Part shown: piece by piece, positions 39,501 to 45,840 of the stretch
How the letters are laid out: every line of letters starts with the position of its first letter
Numbering within the stretch: position 1 is the stretch's first letter
NCBI GenBank assembly: GCA_937969565.1
Contig: CALBVR010000098.1
Location: 1 to 45,840, forward strand
Source: an uncultured Acidimicrobiales bacterium
GTDB taxonomy: Bacteria > Actinomycetota > Acidimicrobiia > Acidimicrobiales > SHLQ01
Length of the DNA: 45,840 nt
Reading direction: 5' to 3'
Notes under the pieces: model-generated
Told to the model about the DNA's origin: nothing
Database searches by the model: none
Seen by the model: only the letters and a program-made list of their open reading frames with translations
Made by a program: the position numbers and the translations under genes

Positions 39501-39770
39501 CTCGAAGCCGTCTCGGTGGCCGTCTTGGGTGACCCCATTCTCCAGAAACTGGAGGAGCCGTTCGCCCCGTCCATCAAGGGGCTGGTCGACCGGGTCGCCT
39601 ACTTCCACTGGATCACCCGGGCGGAGCCGACGGCAACACAACGTGCCGCAATCGAACGAGCTGGCAGTGAGTTCGGCCCGGCGCGAAGCGAACTCGACGA
39701 GGTACTCGCCGACCTGGCCGCGGTGACTGCAGCAATCGACGAGGCCGGCGGCGGTTGGACGCCGCGCTGA
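36540..39770 (+). CDS. VPS10/BNR (Asp-box) beta-propeller glycosyl hydrolase-like protein
   Basis: FRAIGPA..GGRI start, many SxDGGxTW Asp-boxes and a C-terminal helical region; leaderless TACGGT-6-ATG 36540. Confidence 0.88.
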   Translation: MASTSADSPTDPFQRALSGLGFRAIGPASRGGRIADLVVHPERPSTWYVAVGSGGVWKTTNAGTTWTPIFDHQRSYSIGCIALDPNQPETVWVGTGEAVSGRHVAWGDGVYRSLDGGASWEHMGLAGTEHIADILVDPLDGDIVHVAAEGPLWSSGGERGLFTTRDGGATWEASLTVDDDTGVTSAVLAPDDPDTIYVATYQRRRNVRAFMGGGPGSGIHVSNDGGETWTKVTEGIPGGDLGKIGLAVTPANPDVVYATIEAPTDPKAKKPGRGFYRSMNRGRSWEHRNDYISGGTGPHYYQEIFASPHDVDKVYQVDVFLHVTIDGGKTFKPTETGKTKHSDNHVVWIDPADPDHLLVGCDAGIYETFDDCVSFRHVPNMPISQFYRVTVDNSEPFTNIMGGAQDLGTLVGPTRTTHVDGVRNHDWWVPLGADGYQVAFDPHEPDISYMEWQVGNIMRHDRRTNELTDIQPIGAPGDDPERFNWDTPIVLSPHVPGRLYVASQRVWRSDDRGDSWTPISGDLTGGANRYELPVGDRVWSVDGLYDHMAMSWWATITSLSESVVAADVLYVGTDDGIVQISEDGGGSWRRSGDLPGLPEEAFVNDIEACRHNPDAVFVAADDHKNGDYTPHLFESEDRGASWRSIRGDLPDGIIIWQVEQDHEDPNLLFLAAENGLWVTLDRGEHWHPLGKGSDGAGGAGATVPTISMRDLVLQRRDDDLVAASFGRGFYVLDDYSPLRSLTADALAEPAALFPIRRAWRYVPHLESQAEGQPTLGSTAWKAPNPEFGAVITYHLADDVHSAAGARRAREKTLDGDVPFPGHDQLFEEHVAADPVVQLVVRSHDGAVVRTVPAPATAGLHRVAWDLRGPAPDPISLTKPEFVEPWVTDPQGPLVAAGAYTVELTVTRGGVAEVLAGPEPVEVVDVPGAGTHDAAFIDETATLARTVAGAAKEIGAARDRVTHLRAALAGATGADAELHGRLDAVNRRLEAVSVAVLGDPILQKLEEPFAPSIKGLVDRVAYFHWITRAEPTATQRAAIERAGSEFGPARSELDEVLADLAAVTAAIDEAGGGWTPR

Positions 39771-39811
39771 CGCAGGTGACGGGTTGGATCAGCTGGGGGT
39801 AGGGTGCGCGC

Positions 39812-40999
39812 ATGCGCGGGCTCAACATTCCAGAAATCGATGAAGACTTCACGGCCGATCCGGTCGAGCTCTTCTTCGACCTTGCATTCGTCTTTGCGTT
39901 CTCCCAGTTGGTCGCACACCTCGTGCACCATCCGACCTGGACCGGGGCGTGGGAAGCGGCGCTGCTCTTCGCCATCTTGTGGCTGCCCTGGTCGTGGTTC
40001 ACGTGGTCGGCCAATGCCGTGCCCGGAAACCAGCGGGCGGTGCGAGCGGTCTTCCTGGTCGCCACCGCCGTGACGGTGCCCATGGCGGCGTCGGTGCAAA
40101 CCGCGTTCGGTTCCGGAGGTGCGACGTTCGCCGTCGCTGGCGCGTTCATCATGCTCATGTCCATCGCGCTCCAGCTCCTGGCCCTGGACCGGGACTCCGA
40201 CACCTACCGCGACGCAATGCGATTGGCGGCACCCACTGCAGCGTCGCTCTCCTTGCTTGTCATCGGTGGGTTCGTCGAGGGCGACGCGCGCGTGGCCATG
40301 TGGGTCGCCATGGTCGTGATCACGCTTGCCGGAACGGCCGCAGCCGGAGGCGGCGAGTGGATCGTGCGCGCCGGCCACTTTGCCGAGCGCCACGGACTGA
40401 TTCTGATCATTGCGTTGGGCGAAGTGATCGTGGCCATCGGCCTTTCGGTCGTCGAGGGATTCGGCGAGGGTGGTGGCCTGACCGGCCCGATTCGCATCGG
40501 CCTGTTCGCCGCCGGCGCTTTTGCCGGTCTGCTGTGGTGGTCCTACTTCGATCGTGTTTTGCCGGCCCTCGAGCACAAGGCCGAACAGCTGACGGAGTTC
40601 CGCGGCCGCTACGCCCGCGACGTCTACACGTGGGCGCACGCACCGATCATCGCCGGCGTGATCACGGCGGCGGCTGCAGTGGAGGAGATCCTCCTGCATC
40701 CGAGCGACCACCTTCATGTCGAGTTTCGCTGGATGTTCGCCATCGGCCTGTCGCTCTACTTCGGCGGCATCGCCATCGCCGTCTGGCGTGCGTGGCGAGT
40801 CGTTGCCCGTGAGCGCCTTGTCGCCTTGGCGGTGATGATCGGCCTCTGTGCGATCTCAGGTTCGTGGGAGGCCGTGTGGCTGCTGGTCGCCATCGACGTG
40901 GTGCTCCTGGTTGCCCTGATCTTCGAGCACCTGCGCATCGAGACCCACAACTCGGCTGCCGAAGCCGAAGCAGCGGCGGCGGAAACCACCGCGAGCTGA
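39812..40999 (+). CDS. ltrA: Low temperature requirement protein A family membrane protein
   Basis: ELFFDLAFVFAFSQ and HFAERHGLILIIALGE motifs. Confidence 0.9.
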   Translation: MRGLNIPEIDEDFTADPVELFFDLAFVFAFSQLVAHLVHHPTWTGAWEAALLFAILWLPWSWFTWSANAVPGNQRAVRAVFLVATAVTVPMAASVQTAFGSGGATFAVAGAFIMLMSIALQLLALDRDSDTYRDAMRLAAPTAASLSLLVIGGFVEGDARVAMWVAMVVITLAGTAAAGGGEWIVRAGHFAERHGLILIIALGEVIVAIGLSVVEGFGEGGGLTGPIRIGLFAAGAFAGLLWWSYFDRVLPALEHKAEQLTEFRGRYARDVYTWAHAPIIAGVITAAAAVEEILLHPSDHLHVEFRWMFAIGLSLYFGGIAIAVWRAWRVVARERLVALAVMIGLCAISGSWEAVWLLVAIDVVLLVALIFEHLRIETHNSAAEAEAAAAETTAS

Positions 41000-41008
41000 C
41001 GATGCCGG

Positions 41009-41569
41009 TCAGGCGCAGGCCACGTCTTCGTCCGCAACGGGGACGAACACGAACACGTCGCTGCCTTTGAGCAGGTAGAGCTCGGTCTCGTCGGGCGACG
41101 AGTACATCGCCCGGTCACCGGCGGCCCGAAGCCCGGTGTCGACCGCGTTCGCCGGCAGTTCTCCGAGCACGGATCCGGCGTCGAAGTGCGAGACCGCCTG
41201 ATCGGTGTTGTGGAAGAACTGCGGCTCCCAGTCCTGCTCGGGCGGGACTGCGTTCTCGCCGGTGTACGGCGTGCCGATGGGGACACCGATGGAGATGAAT
41301 TCGGCAGCATCCCATTCGCAGTGGTCGTCGCCGAACCGGTGGAAGACGAATTCGAGGTTGACGGCGCAGCCACCTTCGTCGGTCCAGTTGATGCGGTTCG
41401 ACGAGTCGTCCCGGAACCACTCGGGCTCGGAGCTCAGGTCGGTCCACGAGCCGGCTGGACCGTCACACTCGTCGACGGGTGCGCTGCCAGGGTCTGCGCT
41501 TCCGGTTCCGTCACCACCGCAGGCGGCGAGCAGAACGGCGCCGACCAGCAGCGGGCGAAGAGAGGCCAT
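41009..41569 (-). CDS. Hypothetical lipoprotein
   Basis: Lipobox LLAA-C; acidic, Cys-containing mature domain. Confidence 0.75.
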   Translation of the reverse strand: MASLRPLLVGAVLLAACGGDGTGSADPGSAPVDECDGPAGSWTDLSSEPEWFRDDSSNRINWTDEGGCAVNLEFVFHRFGDDHCEWDAAEFISIGVPIGTPYTGENAVPPEQDWEPQFFHNTDQAVSHFDAGSVLGELPANAVDTGLRAAGDRAMYSSPDETELYLLKGSDVFVFVPVADEDVACA

Positions 41570-41636
41570 GGCGTCAGACTAGGTCAGCATGGCGACGGCC
41601 CAGGCCGTTCTGATGCCGTCGAGCGTGACCGCCACG

Positions 41637-44279
41637 TCATTCCTTCCAATCGAGCGCAGTGGCGCGGATCCCGGTGAGCGAGATCGACCCATCCATCGCA
41701 ACGATGGCGACCGAGCTGTTCACGTCCGCGTCGCCGATACCTCCGGCGGACACGTTCCGGATGTAGGCGAGCTGCTCGCCGGTGGGGGACCAGACGGGCC
41801 ACGACGCTCCAAGTGGATCGGTCGTCATTTGCACGACGTCTTCTGTTTCTAGTGTGGCCACGAACACCTGCTCCACAAGCTTCTCGTCCGGCGACGACAT
41901 CGTCACGAACGCAAGGCGGTCATCGACCGGCGACCAGGTCACGTCGGTCTGCGTGCCGGGGATGTCGTACAGGCGGTAGGCCGGTTCCTCGGAGGTGATG
42001 TCCACCATCCAAATGTCTGCCCGGTCACCGTCGTGCGTTCCCGGCCCGATGAAGGCGATGCGTGTGCCGTCGGGAGACCACGTGGCATCAGTGCTGTCCT
42101 CGTTCGTGGTGAGTTGCGTTCGCTCACCGGTGGAAACCTCGAAGAGGAAGAGATCATCCGCAGATTCCGATCCTCCGTAGTAGACGACGTGGGTCCCTTC
42201 CGGTGACCACGCGCTGTCATAGCCCTCATAGCCGAGGGCAAACGAGCCTTCCGCTCCGTCCTCGACAACGATGTGGTCAGTTCCGTCCGCGTTTCGGATG
42301 GCGATGCCACTGCGTCCGTCGATCTCCGTCTCGTACACAACCCGAGTCCCGTCGGGCGCCCAACTCGGCCGGCCGCTGTAGCGCCCGTCCTCAGCGATCA
42401 CGGAGACAGCGGAACCATCCACGTTCATGCGCAGCAGCGCGGTCCCAGAGTCGGTCTCGCTGGTCCATGCGATCGTCGAACCGTCCGGAGAAAAGCTGCC
42501 GCGATGGTCGTAGCCGTCGTTGTCCGTGAGGACCGTGCGCTCAACCGGCGCACCGGCGCGTAACAACACCATCTCGCGGTCCTCGCCATCGTCTGGGATG
42601 GCCGAAGCGAGGATCGTGCCGCCCCAATCGGGAGCAGACCGGGTCGAGAGGAGGTGACAGTCGTGTTCGTGGATCGTCAGGAGCTGTTCGCGTTCAGCGA
42701 CGTTGTAGCGGATCCCGACGGCGAGCTCGAACTCGTTGGTCTCACTCGAGCATTCGTCGGCGGCAGCCGCATCGAACGCAGCCCGGCTCATGCGTTGGTG
42801 ATGAATCGCTCCGTGGCGGCGATCGATCATCTCGTCCCACGTGGTTGCCGTACTCGCACCGATCGGCCGGTTCATGAGGTCTGGTAACAGATCACACGAC
42901 GACTCGAGTTGCACCGCTGCCGCGAACTCATCGGCATTCGCCGTTCGGACATCCGAGGCAGACGCCCCTTCCAGGAACCCGTTGCATCCCATTTCTGCGA
43001 GGAACCCGAAGAGGGGGAGTGATGCATCGTGCTCTCCGATGGCGCGGTAGACCTGCTCGACCGCTCCATCCCACGTTTCGGTTTGCGTGGCCAGCGAAGC
43101 GCCACCGGCCAGGGAGATGTCGGGCCGAACGGTTCGGCCAACAGGACAGTGGCCGGCGTAGAGGAACGTGAGAATGTCGGGCCCATCAAAGTCGAAAGTT
43201 GTTGCGAGGCAGAGCCCGTCGCCCAGGGTGAGAATCTCGTGGACTGTCGTGCCGAGTTCACCCGAGTTCCAGGTGACCAGATCCTGCGTCGACCACATCG
43301 CGGTCCGCGAGGTCTCATTGGAGTACTCGTTTCGGAACGCGTAGAGGCGATCCCCACTGTCGGCGAACTGGGGGACGTCGGTCCCCCAGGGAGCCGAGAG
43401 ACGTTCGGCTGTCCATTCCACACCATCCACCGAGGTGCTCGTGTAGATCTTCGACCGGTCCACGGGAAGCGCGCCGTTGCCGATCGCCACATACCGCTCA
43501 AGTGTCGTGCTCCAGAAGTAGTGGAGAATGGAGCGAACCTCAGACGCCTCGTCGGCACGTTCGAACGGCCGGGCGATCGTCCACTCGCTCCCGTCGAAGA
43601 ACGCGAGCGCAGGGCCCTTTCGGTGATGCTGACTTCGGGCGACGTGGGTGACGGTCACGCCGTCAGGCCCGTCGATACTCCGGTACGGCTGCATCTCCTG
43701 TAGGTCGTTGTGTGCACCTCGAGGAACGGTCACTGTCTCGGGTTCGACCCGTTCCCAGTCGCCGATGGAGGTGGAGGTCCAGGCCGCAACCGTGGCCGAA
43801 TCGTGCAGAAGCTCGAACACGGTCGTTCCGTTCCGATTCCACAGGTACGAACGCACTTCGCGAAGGTGTCCGAACTCTTCTGTCGCGTCCACGCTCGCTT
43901 GCCACTCGGTTCCGTCGGCGGACTCCAGGATCATGGTTGGCGTCGAGACGATGAACGCGTCGTCACTCACGTGTAGCGCCTGGGGTTGGACGTTCTCGGC
44001 GAGTGGGTGGAAACGCCACTCGGAGGATCCGTCGTGGGTCACCAGCATGGTGGTTTCCTCTGACACGCCAAGCGCCAGCAGGCCGTTGCCTCCGTCCACC
44101 ACGGAATACACGGAGACGGAGCTGTCCCAGCCCGCCAAAGGCCCCCACGGTTGGTCGACCAGTTCCTTGATCCCGTCCGGAGCGGCGAAGGGCAAGGTTG
44201 CCGGGGCCTCCTCGCTGCTGCAGGCCGCCACCATGGTCGCAAACGCGAGCAAGGTCAGGACACGCCCGTACTTCATCAT
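41637..44279 (-). CDS. Large lipoprotein with N-terminal propeller-like region and C-terminal TolB/PD40 repeats
   Basis: Lipobox VAA-C after MMKYGR; repeats SFSPDG, WAPDG, WSPEG, WSPDG, WSPVD and WSPTG. Confidence 0.8.
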   Translation of the reverse strand: MMKYGRVLTLLAFATMVAACSSEEAPATLPFAAPDGIKELVDQPWGPLAGWDSSVSVYSVVDGGNGLLALGVSEETTMLVTHDGSSEWRFHPLAENVQPQALHVSDDAFIVSTPTMILESADGTEWQASVDATEEFGHLREVRSYLWNRNGTTVFELLHDSATVAAWTSTSIGDWERVEPETVTVPRGAHNDLQEMQPYRSIDGPDGVTVTHVARSQHHRKGPALAFFDGSEWTIARPFERADEASEVRSILHYFWSTTLERYVAIGNGALPVDRSKIYTSTSVDGVEWTAERLSAPWGTDVPQFADSGDRLYAFRNEYSNETSRTAMWSTQDLVTWNSGELGTTVHEILTLGDGLCLATTFDFDGPDILTFLYAGHCPVGRTVRPDISLAGGASLATQTETWDGAVEQVYRAIGEHDASLPLFGFLAEMGCNGFLEGASASDVRTANADEFAAAVQLESSCDLLPDLMNRPIGASTATTWDEMIDRRHGAIHHQRMSRAAFDAAAADECSSETNEFELAVGIRYNVAEREQLLTIHEHDCHLLSTRSAPDWGGTILASAIPDDGEDREMVLLRAGAPVERTVLTDNDGYDHRGSFSPDGSTIAWTSETDSGTALLRMNVDGSAVSVIAEDGRYSGRPSWAPDGTRVVYETEIDGRSGIAIRNADGTDHIVVEDGAEGSFALGYEGYDSAWSPEGTHVVYYGGSESADDLFLFEVSTGERTQLTTNEDSTDATWSPDGTRIAFIGPGTHDGDRADIWMVDITSEEPAYRLYDIPGTQTDVTWSPVDDRLAFVTMSSPDEKLVEQVFVATLETEDVVQMTTDPLGASWPVWSPTGEQLAYIRNVSAGGIGDADVNSSVAIVAMDGSISLTGIRATALDWKE

Positions 44280-44400
44280 CGATTCCCCCGATTGGTCCGC
44301 CTGGATCCTCTTCCTCAATCGGCTTCGATGGGGCGAGGTTGAACGGTGGCCTTCGATCGGGTTTCTGGCCGGTGAGGCTGCTCGAGTGTCGAGCTCTCGA

Positions 44401-44886
44401 TCAGGTCAGCAGCGCGACGGCGTCCTCGCCCCATGAAGCCACGGTGTCGCTGAGGGCATCCATCTCCGAGTCGAGCACGTAGAGCCCACGGGTCGGCACA
44501 GACGCGCCGAGCTCGACGAGTAGCGGCCGCAGATGCACCTCGGGTGCGAGCGCATGTTGATGACCGGCGCCGACCATGACCGGCACCGCTCGGGTGCCGG
44601 CGAGGCCGTTGTTGCCGTACTGGTCGAGAAACGCCTTGAGCAGTCCTGTGTACGTGGCCTTGTAGGTCGGGCAGGCGAAGACGATCACATCGGCCGAGGC
44701 GACCTCGGCCGTCAGTGCCTGCACCGCCTCATTGCCCCACTCGAATAGGTGCGGGGCGACCGGTGCGAGCTCGTGCACGGCGACCTCGTCGCCCCGAGCC
44801 GCAGCGATGGCATCGCCGACGGCCGAGCCGATGGTGGTGGTTCGCCCGCCCGGATTCGGGTTTCCGATGACGACGGCAACGCTCAC
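44401..44886 (-). CDS. NAD(P)H-dependent FMN reductase (SsuE/MsuE-like)
   Basis: GNPNPGGRT, PTYKATYTGLLKAFLD and HALAPEVHLRPLLVELGA motifs; GTGA overlap with the rutA stop. Confidence 0.9.
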   Translation of the reverse strand: MSVAVVIGNPNPGGRTTTIGSAVGDAIAAARGDEVAVHELAPVAPHLFEWGNEAVQALTAEVASADVIVFACPTYKATYTGLLKAFLDQYGNNGLAGTRAVPVMVGAGHQHALAPEVHLRPLLVELGASVPTRGLYVLDSEMDALSDTVASWGEDAVALLT

Positions 44887-45840
44887 TTGCGCGACTCCAT
44901 GAGCGGCATGACCTGCTCGCCGAACATCTTGGTGGCGACCGGGTAGTCGTCGAACACACACATGGTGCCCTTCACGCCAGGGATCTGGGCGACCTCATCC
45001 AAGCGGGCGGCGATGGTGGCCGGGCTGCCGACGATGGCACCGATGTTGAGGTTGAACGCCTGCTGCATCTCCGCAATCTTGTCGGCGGTGGCGCCGGCGG
45101 TGTCCATCTCGGCCGCGCCGATGAGGAACTTGATGGCTTCGAGGTCGGCGCCGTCCTGGTAGTGCTGCCACTTGGCTTCGGCCTCTTCATCCGTATCGCC
45201 CATCGTGATGTGGAAGAGCACGTAGACGCCGACGTCGCGGCCGGTCTTCTCTGCTGCTGCCATGAGCCGGCTGGCGTCGTTGCGAACGACGTCGAGGTCG
45301 CTGGTGCCGATGATGAACTGGTAGTCGCCGTAGGTGGCGCAGAACTCCATACCCCGATCACTCTGGCCGGCGCACACGAGTGGCACGCCGCCATCCTTCG
45401 GTGGCGGCGAGAGGCGACAGTCGTCCATCTGGAAGTACTCGCCCTTGAGGTCGGACACGCCGTCGGACCAGAGGTCCTGCATGATCTTGACGTATTCGGT
45501 GGCGTAGTCGTAGCGCTTCTCGTAGTACCAGTCGCCAGGCCACACACCCATCTGGCTGTATTCGATCTGGTTCCAACCGGACACGATGTTGATGCCGAAC
45601 CGTCCGTCGCTGATGTCGTCGATGGTCGAGGCCATGCGGGCGACCATGGCCGGCTCCATCGTGGGCAGTGCGACGGAAGCGAACAGGTTGATCTTCTCGG
45701 TGGCGGCGGCGAGGCCGGCCATGAGCGTGAAGGATTCGAGGTTGTGGTCCCAGAATTCGGTGTCGCCACCGAAGCCCCGCAGCTTCACCATGGAGAGAAG
45801 GAATTCGAAGCCCTGCTTCTCGGCTTCGAGGGCGGTGGTC
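44883..45840 (-). CDS. rutA: Pyrimidine monooxygenase RutA (5' end outside window)
   Basis: LSMVKLRGFGGDTEFWDHNLESFTLMAGLAA...EYSQMGVWPGD closely matches RutA. Confidence 0.9.
   Translation of the reverse strand, partial: TTALEAEKQGFEFLLSMVKLRGFGGDTEFWDHNLESFTLMAGLAAATEKINLFASVALPTMEPAMVARMASTIDDISDGRFGINIVSGWNQIEYSQMGVWPGDWYYEKRYDYATEYVKIMQDLWSDGVSDLKGEYFQMDDCRLSPPPKDGGVPLVCAGQSDRGMEFCATYGDYQFIIGTSDLDVVRNDASRLMAAAEKTGRDVGVYVLFHITMGDTDEEAEAKWQHYQDGADLEAIKFLIGAAEMDTAGATADKIAEMQQAFNLNIGAIVGSPATIAARLDEVAQIPGVKGTMCVFDDYPVATKMFGEQVMPLMESRK

Overview
High-GC actinobacterial DNA, probably Acidimicrobiia-like (inferred from gene content, many leaderless TANNNT promoters, and LexA-, IdeR- and SigH-type boxes). 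About 42 real CDS lie under many GC-driven shadow ORFs. No rRNA, tRNA, CRISPR array, integrase or transposase was seen. Positions 1-10.5 kb form a cation/pH-homeostasis cluster. An mrpA-F antiporter operon (mrpA and mrpB separate) is transcribed divergently, across an AT-rich region, from a divergent RpoD-like sigma factor, a USP, a CPA2 antiporter fused to USP-like domains and a WTFLTNH-type wHTH regulator, with a convergent TrkA/RCK K+ channel. Next come a DddP-like M24 enzyme, an orphan ProW-like permease with a long extra membrane domain, an Asp/Pro-repeat LAxTG surface protein, an atypical GH10, an RqlH-like RecQ, a GGDEF protein, YceI and Lon. A LexA-boxed DUF222-HNH nuclease follows, with a structured 3' trailer holding a degenerate 38-bp tandem repeat. 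The remainder has an IdeR-boxed siderophore-interacting protein, a PadR module, a frameshift-fused ICMT-like locus, a signal-peptide-less VPS10/BNR propeller protein, LtrA, two lipoproteins, and rutA with an FMN reductase. Best candidates for new biology are the HNH plus repeat trailer, the sigma-containing ion-homeostasis cluster, and the DddP-like/ProW pair. All family calls come from motif recognition by eye, not database searches.
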